The translations under genes and the position numbers were made by a program. Source: Neoconidiobolus thromboides FSU 785 (Eukaryota; Fungi; Entomophthoromycota). Taken from it: a stretch of DNA of 64,000 nucleotides. Shown here piece after piece: positions 38,784-51,904 of this stretch; position 1 is the first letter of the stretch; each line of letters opens with the position of its first letter. Location: positions 124,001-188,000 of the forward strand of contig MU626272.1 in NCBI GenBank assembly GCA_025603075.1, in the 5' to 3' direction. The notes below the pieces were generated by a model, which saw nothing but the letters and a program-made list of their open reading frames with translations, had not been told where the DNA came from and did no database searches.

Positions 38784-40928
38784 TTATAAAACAAATTTAG
38801 AAGGACCTAGTCCTAATTCATTATCCTCAGATTGCAAGTCGACTGACCTAACGTCTTCATTAAATTGTGTCAATATAGTTTTCCTAGATTTTTTTCTTTT
38901 CGCTTTTTTCTCCTTTGAGCCTACAACCAAATTACTAAATCTGGATGGAAGCACAGGTGGGTGGACAGTAGCAACTTGTCTGCCTTGATTTGATTTTGGA
39001 TTACTTGTCGTCATTGGTAATGAATAAAACAACGGCGATATACTTAATTCAGAAGATTGTGCCGATGGTGCTAAATATGCAGAGTCATTTGATTGTAAAT
39101 TAAAAGAAGCATTGGATGTAGGTGTAACCAATTGATTTAACACATTGGTTTCTCTAGATACGTTAAAGTGTTGATAATACCCTTTATGAATATTGATACC
39201 AAACCTATCTTCCACTGTATCAAATGATTTTGCTGATAAATTACTTGCAGTCCCTTTAGTGTAATTGGAACCATATCCTTGCTCTTGATCTTCAATATCA
39301 AACTCTTCTTCAATGGACTCAAAGTCTTCTGCTATCTCTTCTTCAAGTCTCGACGGTACCAATGGTATCTCACAAAAGTAAATATGGGCTAACAAATATA
39401 ATGAAATAAAACATGCTATCAATCCAAGCATTGAAAAAAATCTTTCTAAACTTATAAATTTGTCTTCGATTATAATAATTTGACTAACGACTAAAGGTGA
39501 GATACTTAATCCTAAATTCAATATGCTTGTTGAAGTGGCATAAGCTAGAGGTAAATAATGATCAGGTACAAAGAAAGGAATAGAGGACCAAACAGAGGAA
39601 GTAATAAGGGAATAAAATAAACCCAATAAAATCATAGGAGGTATTGGAGAGGTCAAATCCACTAAGGATAATAAAAGATGGCAACTGGCTAATCCTAAGC
39701 CACATATGAAACATATCAAAAGTCTTGCTCTAATACCTTTAATTAAGAAACTTAATATAGGAACTAGTAATGTACATAGTAAATCTGGGGTAGCCAATAA
39801 AAAGCCAGCTAGTTGAGGTTGGTTGGGATACCATTTAGCTTGTATAAAATAAGAAGATATATTAATAAATGGGATAACAGCTGCATAACCACATAAAATC
39901 AAACAAGATAAGCACCAATAATCAAAAGTAAACGAAGTCAAAGCACTAAGACTTAACGAAGGTATCTCTTCAATAGGTTGATTAATAGAAGTTAAAGGGT
40001 CTATTTTATGATTAAAAGTAGAATAGTTGTTAATTAATGTTGAATTTCTTTTACTATTTTGGCCATTTTCATTCATTTGCGGAATAAAACTTCCTTCTTC
40101 ATAAAGATTCTTTTTCTTCCAGCTGATATAAAAGAGATCCATAAAAACTAGCAACAAAGAGCATAAAAAGGATAAACAACACATATACCATCCAAACCAA
40201 AATGCTTGTATAGTGTTATTCTCCATGTTATCACTGTAATTTAATGCTATATAAGGTGACAGTATGTCACTTAACACTGAACCTAGTCTAGCAATACCCA
40301 AGTTGATGGTTAATGCTAGTCCTAACTCATCCTGCTCAAACCAATGACAAGTTAATCTAGCTTGTGCTATACCTATTGATTCTCCACCCAAACCAACCAT
40401 TAATCTACCAAACAGCATCAAATTAAAGTGATGTTTCTCTAACCCATAACTAAATAAATATTGTCCTACCATAACCATAAAACAAAATATAATTAATGAG
40501 TTTTTAGAACCTTTTAAATGATTTTAAGTTTTTTTGTATGGAATTAAGAATAGTAGTTATTGTTACCTAATTTATCTACATATCTAGCCATAAAAAAAGG
40601 AAGAACAACATTTGGTAAGGAATATAAACTATAAAATAAAGCTAATTGAACTTGCCATTCTTGGTTTTCACTCTTTAATATATCTTTTATCTGTAGGTTT
40701 AAAGCAGCTGGTAAATCATAGGCCTAAGATAGAAAGACATTATAATAAACATAGATGATATACTTATTTTTATAATTTCATTACATAATAATTACCGGTG
40801 AAACACAAAGCGGAGAGGATTAAAAATAATAATTTTTTACTAAATGAGTTGTTTAAAGCTGGGTTTGAAGAGTACTCTCGATGCACTCTTGATAATTTAC
40901 TGTTGATATTTAATACTCCTTCTTTCAT
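38784..40928 (-). CDS. MFS transporter, MFSD1-like (3 exons) with long hydrophilic C-terminal tail
   Basis: Exon 2 reads AYDLPAAL...LFYSLYSLPNVVLPF. Exon 3 has GRLMVGLGGES and GLALTINLGIARLGSVL plus many TM segments. Confidence 0.85.
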
Positions 40929-41355
40929 CTTCAGATAAAGATAAGAAGCAAAAAAACTATATTGGGCTGTTAACCAATAAAAGAAATTGGATTAGGGGCC
41001 TAGAATTCTGTTAACTGTTTTTGAAAATAAGAACTTTAAAGTGAAAAATAAGTTCAAATTAATAAATTATGATTACTAGCAAATCCTTTATGCCACTTTA
41101 TTCCTGAGAAAATATTAACAGTTTAAGTTAATCAAAGTATATAACATTATAATTAATAAACAAAAGATACAGATAAAAAGATCAATTAAAGTCAAAAAAG
41201 ATATTGTAATAATAAACTAAAAATCAATATCATTTTAATTTTAATAAAAATATAAACGACAATTCAATGAAAAGAAAGGCAAACAATAAAAAAGAAAATT
41301 AAATCTCGTCCAGTATAACAATAAAACCAAGGAAAATAAATCGCTAGGAGCTTTT

Positions 41356-44300
41356 TTACATTCTATAATTGTTACCCTGTCCATAATTATTGGAATTAAA
41401 GTTATTATTATTCATGGGGTTAAACTGCTGTTGATAACCACCCATATTCTGACTTTGCTGTTGATAGTTATTCATTCCCTGCCCTTGTTGTTGATAGTTA
41501 TTCATCCCTTGGTTGAGCTGTTGGTTCATCATATTACCCTGTAATCCACTATTATAACCCAAACTTGAATTATTTCCGATAGGACGATTTAAGTCCATAC
41601 TATTATAGTTATTCAATCCTCCACCCGAAAGAGTATTTTGATTATAATTTGAATTATTCAAAGAGCTCGAATTTAATGAAGTATTAAGATGATTACCATA
41701 TGAACTTGAACTACCAGAATAAGCGTTATTTAAATTACTATTTATATTCATACTTGACATAGAATTGGTAGATAAACTAGTGTACTGGGCGGTATTAGAG
41801 TAATTATTTAAGCTTGAACCAATGTTCACACTACTATTATTTATATTATTATTCCCGTAAGTGCTTCCAAGTCCACTCATACCACTATTGTTACCAAGAC
41901 CATTCATACCATTATTACTTCCAATTCCACTCATACCATTATTTTGACCAAATGAAGATCCTGTATTACCAGCGTAAGAATAATCATTCATATTACCACT
42001 AGCTAAACCAAGATTACTATGGCTCGAGATAACTTTATCTTGCTGAAGATTGGATGACATACTTAAAGAAGAAAAATTGTTTGGAGTGCTAATATTACCC
42101 ATTCCTAAACCACTATTACTGCTCATCCCTAAAACATTGTTATTACCACTCATTCCTAAAGTATTATTACTTAGCGTTGATGGACTATTATAATCCATTG
42201 ACTTTAAGCCTGAACTATTATTTATTGCACTTTGATTTATTCCCAACAACTTACTGCTACTCAGTGAAGTATTGAATTCATTTCGACTACTATTAAAATT
42301 ACTCTGTTGTCCAGTCATGTTATTTAACCCAGTCTGATTATGACTTAAATTTCCAGAAGTATTAAAACTGTTATTCAGCAAGGATGAATTCATATTCAAG
42401 TTATTAGTGTTATTATTATACAATCCAGGAATGTCATTTAATGAGCTTGATGTATGTAATCCCGCTTTTGTTGAATCTAAAGTGTTGTATCCTCCAATTG
42501 AATAGCCCATATTGTTATTATTAGTGTTACTTAATGTAGGTGTTAAACTTCTTGTTAAATTGGCTGTTGGAGTGGTATGGTTGGATAACAAATTGTAAGA
42601 ATTGCCTTGAATAGTTGAACTGAAACTTGAACTAGCTGATTGATTTATATTTATAGTATTCAAATTACTATTTGATCCTGTGTAAGAATGTGATGATGCT
42701 GTCCCATAATTAGTCTCTTTATTCAAACTACTATGAGCATTCATAGTGTTATAAGATGGACTCTCGTTCAATGTGTTAGACCCTAAATATCAACATTACT
42801 ATTAGTCCATTCATCTTTTAAAATTATAAAGTTACCTGTATTAATATCAAAACTTTGATTTAAACTACTTGGTTTATCAAGTTCCATTCTAAACTGATCA
42901 AATTCATTTAATTTGACTGGGGTTGAATCCATTAATCTTGGAACTGAATCAAATGTAGATCCTAAACCAGTACTAGAATTTTGACTTATACCCAAATTGT
43001 AATTTACAGATCCTTGAGTTTGTGTGTTCTGATTTTTATTCCCACTACTGTACTGAGGTATTTTAGGAGTACTAGTAACTCCCAAACTCTTTAAACTTAA
43101 ATCATCGAACTGATAATTTGATGAACTAGCTTTAGTTCTGTTTGTTGTAGTAGTTGATATTGAATAATCCATATTACTTGGTAAATTGATTGTACTCATA
43201 GAGGTATCATGTAAGTTGCCGCTAAATGATCTTTCCGAAATGATGGGACTGTCCATAGCAAAATCATTTTTATAATTGAAATTCTTACTATCAAAAGTAT
43301 CTAAATTCTTGTTCAATAACATACTCGAATTCAATGGTGTTGAGCTACTATCACTGTTGTTGTGTGGGATATTAAACGAAGCTAAACTGGACATAGAGCC
43401 TTCTCTTTTAATATCGCTCATCGGAGATAATGTCTTTGAATTAGCTCCAAATAGATCAAGTGCTTGTTCTTGATTTGAAGTTGTAACATTACCATTAGAT
43501 TTGTTGCTTAGGGTAGCACTTGGAGTAGTACTTGACCCAAATACATTAACACTTGGTTGAGTATTTGAGTTTGATCCAAAGATGTTGGAATTCGATTGGG
43601 TATTGGGAGTGCTAATAGTACTAAAAACACTTCCACTCTCTTTATTTTGTGTGGATTGATTAAAGATAGAAGCCCCCACTTGCATATTATCTGAAGCTTT
43701 ACTGCTTTGATTGTTTACAGGCAATGAACTAACCGAAGAATTACTACTAAAAGTAGCATTTGCGTCCCCAAATACATTCTGGTTTTGGGTTGGTTTAGGT
43801 GGTGCAGGCCTTCTAGTTGGAATGAATACATTAGATAAATTACCACTTGGAATTGGAATCAAGGGTTGAGCAAGGATAACAGGAACGTTATTTTGGATTT
43901 GTTGTGTAGGCATTTGTTGCTGCTGTACAAACATTGAAGAAGATTGTTGAATTTGTGGTTGAGTAAGTTGTGGTGTACTTGGTCTCCTTGGAGATGCTTG
44001 TTGAACTTTTGTAAATACCGCAAAATCTTGATTACCCTTTTTAGTTACTTCTGGGGCCACTTTAATAGGTTTAACAGTAGCGCTATCATTAACACTTATC
44101 TTTGAAAATTCGGCACTTAAGGAACTCCAATCTTGATCTAATGCTGAGTTACTTTTCCCTTTAGTATCACGTCGAACTGAATTATCTGAAGAAAATATAG
44201 GTGTTTCAGATGCAGTGGAAGATGGTTTTGTATTTGAATCTGGGAATACAGCCCAAGGATCAGATGTAATGGTAGCTTTAGTAGTAGTAGGAGATGCAAC

Positions 44301-46932
44301 AGTGGGAGATACAACAGTAGGAGATGCAGGGGTAATATCTTTTGCTACAGTTGGTGGTGTTTTCTTTTGATATGTTGCTCTTTGTCCTGGAACGCCCCAA
44401 ATGTCATCATCAAACCCGCTCTTTGATTTTGATTTTGATTTTGATTTATCGTCATCCTTTACTTTGTTCTTATTTTCTTTTTGATTTTCAGCTTCAAGAA
44501 ATTCAGTGGCTTTAGCAATCTTTTGTTGATCAATTGAACTTGATTTGCCTTTAGGCTTTGATCCTAATCCACCCGATAATCCCAACCCATATTTTTTACT
44601 TTCGCTTGATGATGTCCCTAAATCTGAAAATCCTTCCCATGAGCTATTAGAATCTCCTTGACCTTGGAGTCTCCTTGCTAACATTTCATCTTGCTCAATT
44701 TGTAATTCAACAAAGCTACCTGACGCTTTTTCTTTACGTACTCTTTCAATTTCTTCTTGTTGAAGTTTATATGCCAATTCTTCATCTTTTGAAGGGTCAA
44801 TGACAGTAGTATTTGGATTGAAAGTCACACTACGTTTGCCTTTAGGTGCCTTTGAAATATTATCTGATTTGATAGCATTAAGCACTCTTATAGAATCACC
44901 TTCAACTAATCCAAGATCTTTTAAGCTACTTTTGTCCATTGATTTAAGTAAACTTCTATCAATTTTTTCTTTTGTAAACGTAGTCGCATAAACTTGTGCT
45001 TCATCATCAGCCACATTACAATCCTTAAAAAATCGTAGCCATTTTTCGGATTCTGCATTTTGCTTTCTAGTAGAATCTAAAGATTCAGTTAAATCTTCTC
45101 CAATCAATTCAGATACATATTTTAAATCCACCATAGACATCTTTTCAATTGGTACTGCTATTTTAACCCCATTTACTTTATGTAAATGGATTTTATTTTC
45201 ACTGAATTTAATAAACTCTGCTTCCACTTTAAAGGATCCAGTAGTATCTGTCCACTCTCTAACCATAATAGAACTTGGTTCATTTGCTACATTATTTCCT
45301 CCAGCTAATGCCGAACTTTGAGGGGCATCGGATGGAAGTAAAGTGACATATTCAGCTGGCACAAAACCTTCATCGTAATCCTCATCAGATCGATAAATTC
45401 TGCATCGCCACCAATCGGAATCAGTATCACTATCAAGTATATAAATCCTTGTATCGGCTACTACAGATAGTTCACCTTCTTCTGCAGCATCAAAATCATA
45501 TACTACAATCGCTGGTTTACCTTTTTTGCTTTCATTACCAGCTTTTGAGGGTGTACTAGAGATAGAATTATTACTAGGAACTCTCAATTGAGTTCTTGTT
45601 TCTGGATAAAATTGCTTTTGCTGTTCAGATGCACGATCAATTTCTTCTTGTGGTATTGGTGGTAGAGGAACTGTTTCATATTTATCCTTAATAGTTGGTA
45701 CATCATCGGATTGATTATATTGTGGACTATGTTGTTGATAAGACTTTGGTGGTGCAGCTGATGATTTGGTGGATTTTTTAAACATACCAAAGAAACCTTT
45801 TGAATTTTTATCTTCTGCTTTTTCACGATAAATGGCATCTGAGCAACTTTTTATTTTAAATGCAATAGCTTCGGCTTGTTTTATGGAACTACAGCTAAAA
45901 TCAAAGGTTACACTATCCTTTCCAGATAATTCAATAATGATATGTTTGTTTTTTAAACTATACGAAACTAAATCAGAAATAGCCCATTGCTTTACTGGGG
46001 AGCCCTTTTTAGAAACGATTAATTATTATTCAAAATTATGGTTTAACCCATTACCTTCTCTTCTTCACTTGCAACAAAGATCATATTGCTACTGATACCC
46101 AAACGTACTTTTTGTTTCTTTTTCTTACTTTTATCTACTTCCTTTATAAAAAGTTAGTTTCGATCAGCAAAACATTAACTACTATACTTACTGAAACCCT
46201 CCAAAATAACATATCGTCTTTAGCAATTTTTTTAGTGCTTAATGGGGTAGTATTATGTTGGTCAATGCTTTCATTGATATTTTTTGAAACTTGAGGTAGT
46301 TCTTGTTCAACCTCTTCTACTGCATCTTCATATTCCTATTAAAATATTTAATAAAATTAATAAAATTTAATAATTAAGTTTATTTACCTCCATATAGCCT
46401 TCTTCAGCATAATTATTTTGTTCATTTGTATCCTCAATAATCTAGAATATGAATTTTACTGTAATTAAAAATAAAAATAAGAATGAAGATAGATAGTTAC
46501 TAACCTCTTCTGTATAATTTTGAGGTACAAACCCAAAACTACCATTAATACAACCTAACATCCAATCCTCACCTTCGACTTGATAAACCAATATCTCTAC
46601 TCCTTCTTCAAATGAAAGTTCGTCTTCACCTTGAGCTTCATAATCATAAATTGCTCTATATTTAGCTATGTAATCGATCTTTATTTTTAAAAAACTTATT
46701 AACTACTTGACTCTATAATCAACCAAAAAAAGAATTTTACCTCCTCAACATAGTTATAAGGGATTAAACCAATATTCATTTCGTCTGTTGAGTTAAGTTC
46801 TGTAGAAGCTTTCCACCAAGCTTCATCACTATCATCGACTATATATAATAAACTATCTTCTTCAAAAGATAACTCACCTTCTTCTACTGCTTCATATTTA
46901 TATAAGGCTTTACATATTCGTTGAATATTCAT
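41356..46932 (-). CDS. SLA1: Endocytic adaptor Sla1 (SH3-SH3-PH-like-SH3-SHD1-SAM/SHD2 plus long low-complexity tail; multi-exon)
   Basis: Three SH3 domains (KALYKYEAVEEGELSF; RAIYDYEAQGEDELSF; VVYDFDAAEEGELSV), SHD1 (REWTDTTGSFKVEAEF...KIHLHKVNGVKIAVP) and SAM-like WLRFFKDC. An intron at 42785-42835 joins the 1000-aa and 471-aa ORFs. Confidence 0.93.
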
Positions 46933-47362
46933 TGTTTACTAGTATTGCTATTTATTGTTGAATTGCTAATGTAATTGGGTATTGAAATGAAAGTTTTTTG
47001 TTGAAATTAAATGAGGTATTTCTTTTGAAGCCACCAAGTTAGATTGTGGTAAATTGATAACCAATTAAAGATGAGTATTTGGAAGAAATTTTTCAAAATC
47101 CAAGTTCCTAGTTTTTTAGCCAAAACTTTATGGTTTTGTAAGGAGTATTAGGTAATACCAGGTTGCTTTTATTTTTATTTATTCTATTATTTACTCTTTA
47201 GGTTGTTTGTTTACTATATTTTTTATAAAATTTCATTTGAAACTATTATTAAGTAAAATTCAATAGAGTCAATAAATTTTATAAAATTCAATTTAAGACT
47301 GGCTTTTACTTTTTAGTATATTGATTCTCAACTTTTATTATTTCATTACAAATTTAGTATAT

Positions 47363-47459
47363 GGGGATGTTTTTTTTGGCTTCATTGTTTTTTTCATCTT
47401 TTAAGCGCTATTTGGGTAGAAAAATTGTTAGTAGAATTCTCAAACAAAAAAATATCCTC
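47363..47459 (-). mobile_element. MITE family A copy 9, upstream of SLA1
   Basis: Reverse orientation; GGGGATG...TATCCTC; ATAT/ATAT flanks. Confidence 0.9.
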
Positions 47460-48404
47460 ATATTCTCATGAGTTTTAATAATTTAGCTAAAATAATTGTT
47501 AACTTAATAGAATTGAACCTATTTAATATATTTCTATTCAATATTATTATACTAAAAAAGTAATAAAAAGAAAGACATTGAATTTCAATTTAGTATTACA
47601 ATAATGATGTTTTTTTATTTTAATATTCATCTATTAGTTTTTTTCAACTTATATTACTTAATAAATGAATAAAATATATTCATTCAGAGATGTTAGTTTT
47701 GTTTAATAGATTTATTAACATTTCTTCTATTTAACAATATTCAAGAAGCAGAAAAATAAAGAAATTAATAAAAATAACAATGGTAAGTAAGATATCATTT
47801 AATTTAGACAAAAAATTAAATAAAAACAGCTAGTTAAATAAATAATATTAAAACTTAGATCAAAAATGAATTTTTACTCCAATTTCTTAGCCTTTATAAT
47901 CAAGATTTGCCCAAAATATGAAAGAAACATGGAAATACCTAATAATAATAACTATAATCAGAAAGCACCCTTCCTAAGGCTTCCTCTAGAATATTGTAGT
48001 CTTTTATTTTTTGTGTTACTTTTTGCAATCATGTGGAGACTTTAGGTAGATAAAATATATTAATATATTAAGTTTTCTTTCTAAAATTTAAATCTACTTA
48101 AAATTAGAACAATCATTGTTTTGATTTTTCTACTAATAAGCATGGCATTTATTGTGTTTTTTGAGGGAGTAAAGGTAATAGTAAAAGGGGTTACAGAATT
48201 AACTAATTATGGTTCATTTTAAATAAGGGGTTTATAATTAAAATAATTATTACATAATAATAACAGTAGAATGACGTTATCCTTTTAAATATACATTAAT
48301 ATTAATATTCTATGTTTAACCGATAAATTGTATTGAAAAGTGTATAAAAGTAACGGAATTTTTATTTTGTAAAAACTTTTGAGTTTTAAATAATATCACT
48401 AAAA

Positions 48405-49034
48405 ATGAAATCCGCTAATAATAGTTCAATCATGATGATGGATCCAACAACGGATTGTCCTGCTAAAAATACAAGATCTAAATCTAATTTATTAGATCAT
48501 ACAGTACAAGAGATTATTACTAATGTTAATGTCACGCCAAGAGCTAAAGGAAAGAAAAAATCAATGAGTACATCAAATACAAAAGAAAAAAGATTACAAA
48601 ACAATAATTCAAAATCAATTAAAAGAAAAAATAGCGTATCTGAAGATATTTATTTTGAATTTCGTTCCTCAAAATTACAGAAAAACATTAATCTCCCTTC
48701 AGATCAAGACTTCATTCAAGAAACTAACTTACAACGACCTAAAATAATAAAAGAAGTTCAACAATGTATAGAGTATTTGAATAGCAAATTAAAAAAAATT
48801 TATGGTAAAAATATACAGGGTAAAAATATTATGGTAAGTATTTATACTTATGTTGGTAAGAAACAAAATTTAAATGAGTTTAATGATGCTTTTATTAAAA
48901 AGAAAAAAGGAAGAGATAGGAAAGCAAAGGAGGAAGATAAGATAAACAAGGAGCAGGATAATATAGAGAAAGAAGATATAAATCAGATAGATACAAAAGA
49001 GAATTATAAAAAGGATACAAAAGAAAAGACGTAA
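48405..49034 (+). CDS. Hypothetical Lys/Asn-rich protein
   Basis: 209-codon ATG ORF in very AT-rich DNA. No recognisable domain; possible in-frame 45-nt intron (gtaagt...gag). Confidence 0.45.
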   Translation: MKSANNSSIMMMDPTTDCPAKNTRSKSNLLDHTVQEIITNVNVTPRAKGKKKSMSTSNTKEKRLQNNNSKSIKRKNSVSEDIYFEFRSSKLQKNINLPSDQDFIQETNLQRPKIIKEVQQCIEYLNSKLKKIYGKNIQGKNIMVSIYTYVGKKQNLNEFNDAFIKKKKGRDRKAKEEDKINKEQDNIEKEDINQIDTKENYKKDTKEKT

Positions 49035-50156
49035 TTGGAGAATTTGTATGTACGTTGTGTTGTAATTAATTAGTTCGGTATTATTTGATTTCTAATGGAA
49101 TTATTTATAAAACAATTGACTATTTTAAGTGTATTATTTTAAAAATATTTATTCAAATAATGTTTGTTATATCTAATTAATAATAACCAAACAAGATTTT
49201 AGTTAATAATAAAAGATAAATTATGAAATTGAAACAAACATCAAATATTATTAATAAATAATAGAAATAAGTTGAAGATATCATCAACTAAAAGTTCATT
49301 TTTTGATTAGAATTCAACTTAATGGAAACATACTCCTTAAACCAATTGAGCTTTTTATTCCAAGAAGAGCGGCCACTTAGAGAGATAAAGAACTAGATTA
49401 AAAGTTGATTGATTCGTTATACTTTTTATAAACAACTTAGAATGAAATGAATGGTAATAACAGTGATTAGGTATAAAGTAAGAAGGAAAAGGATTCAATA
49501 TAAAGAAGAGAGGTCTTAATTTTAGAGAACACATCAAAACTAACCAAGTTATTAAAGGGACAGGGGATTATATTTAAGTGAGTCAAATCTATGAATAAAT
49601 AAAAAGTATATAGATTGGGAGGATCTAACCTAAGGTTGATTCAAAAAAGACAAGAAGCTTTGTTTAATTATAGAAATCTATTTTAACAAAAAAAAACAAA
49701 GTAAAAGTATTTAATACACAGTGTGGGAAATCTTTTTGCTCATTTGTACTTTTATATCAACTCAGTTTAAAAAGCTATCTAATTATAATTATTACATTAG
49801 AATGTTCACTTCTTAAATGTTCTGGTTATTTTATAAATTTAATATAGCTACTCCAACTCTATTGCAACTTAGTTTGTAATCTTTTTAAAGACATTGCTTT
49901 TTTCGTTTTTTAAGTTTAATTTTAAATTTGTCCTAATTTTAATTGAATTTTAGTTTTAAATGAACAGTTAATTATATCTTAATAGAGTTGTAACATCCGT
50001 GTTTAGTAATTTCTTAATATTAATAAAAGATGCTAATATTTAATATAACATGAAATTTAAAATTTAAAATATTCCTATTATAAACTTTATTATTTACAAT
50101 ATAAATTCAACTTCTTAATATTTAAACTATTAACTACATAATTAATAAAAATTTAT

Positions 50157-50891
50157 TTAATTTCGATGAGTTAAAAACATGAAAAGAAGATAAAACATTA
50201 ACAAAGTGGGTAATAAATTCCATGGCTGACTCATAGTAGGGATTGAATTAGAGGTAGAAGAATTAGGAGATTTTGAAGAAGTACTACCAGAAGTATTTGA
50301 AGATGAACCACCAGTTGATGAAATTGAATTAGTATTAGGACTAGTGCTAGAACTTCCATCTTCACCACCCATAATCCAAACATCTGGTTTATTATCATTA
50401 TTAATAGATTTACAATAACAATCTGCTAATTTTTTTTTATCTGTATCTTTACATTCCAAAAAACTAGGCAATATAAATTCCATTTTATCTCCTTTCTCCA
50501 AAATAAAGCATTTCTCTTTAGTATCTAGTTTAGCCATTTGACAATAAGAAACTAACTCATAAGTAATTAAAAAGGTAGCATCTTTAGTTACTTTGCTTGT
50601 AAAACCAGCTGATTTTAAACATGCTTTCTTATCATTAGATTCAAAACTGGCTTCCATAATTTGCATACGCGCTGTATAAGCTACTTTATCACTATAACTT
50701 TGACCTGGTTTTCCATCTTTAAATTCCATCTTTGGAGCAGCTCCAATAGTAGCCACAATTGCTCCTGTATCTTGACCATATTGAATAGAAGCTAAGGCAT
50801 CGGTATCAGCTACTTTATTCGCTTTTAATTTGTTGATTCCTCCTTGAATAGAATCAATTACTTGCTCAGGCTTAAATTCTTTTTCTACCAT
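50157..50891 (-). CDS. Hypothetical six-Cys domain protein with Ser/Thr stalk and hydrophobic C-terminus (GPI/tail-anchor-like)
   Basis: 244-codon ORF from ATG at 50891, with a TATAAATA-like box about 60 nt upstream. S/T/N-rich linker and C-terminal LLPTLLMFYLLFMFL. Confidence 0.7.
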   Translation of the reverse strand: MVEKEFKPEQVIDSIQGGINKLKANKVADTDALASIQYGQDTGAIVATIGAAPKMEFKDGKPGQSYSDKVAYTARMQIMEASFESNDKKACLKSAGFTSKVTKDATFLITYELVSYCQMAKLDTKEKCFILEKGDKMEFILPSFLECKDTDKKKLADCYCKSINNDNKPDVWIMGGEDGSSSTSPNTNSISSTGGSSSNTSGSTSSKSPNSSTSNSIPTMSQPWNLLPTLLMFYLLFMFLTHRN

Positions 50892-51904
50892 TATTATATA
50901 TTTTAGTGAATTTCTTTTCAATAATTTATTTAATGAAATTGAATTTAATGAGGTATTTATACTTTTAATAATTTCCAGTAAAATTATCCAAACTTTCTTC
51001 TTTTAAAAACCAATGATTTAGTTAAAGAAGATGATTGTAATTTAGTAGCATCACATGAATTCCAATGATAGCTTTCTATTTTCATATCTTTTTATAAATA
51101 AACGATATACAAGTACATAATTGAAGTAGCTATTTTTTATGACCTATATTTCTATTTATTATAATATCATTAAGTGACGTTATATATATAAATAGTTTAT
51201 GATGATATTCAATAGAAAACTTAGGAAATCTTAAGATTCACTAAATAATCAGCAGATTGAATATTAATTGAATAATGTGTAGTAACTAATGTAATTGTGT
51301 TTATATTTTTAGTTTGAAATGATCATTCATAATCTTGGCAGAAGTATTTTTATATAGTATGATGTCTAATATCTATTCGCATCTATTTAATATAATTATT
51401 TATAAAACAATCATATTATAAAATAGAAAATAAAAAATATATAAATAATACAATATTTGGTTAAATAATAACTATTTATTCTGCAACTAATTCAATTTAA
51501 ACATAAATTGAATATTAATTTTGTGTTTATTAAATAGAAAATAGCTAAAATCCTTATGATTTAATCTAACAAATAAAAAATGCCCAATCGATGTTTAACA
51601 TATTTTCATAATATGCTTATTTTTTTACAAATGAACATTTAACAATTCAATAATTTAATTATTCTTTAATCTATAAATTCAATTGCATTTTTTGTCATAA
51701 TTAATTAGGACTTTTTAAAAAATACTCCAATGAAATCATACTCTAACTATATTTAACATAGATGATTGAACTTTCAAACAAACTTATTTATCAAACTTAG
51801 AAAATATTTGATTACGTAATTACTTTCTATTTTCAATTATTTAATAATACATGTTTAATTCAATAATACAATTTTAATCTTGTATCAATCCATTATACAG
51901 TCAA

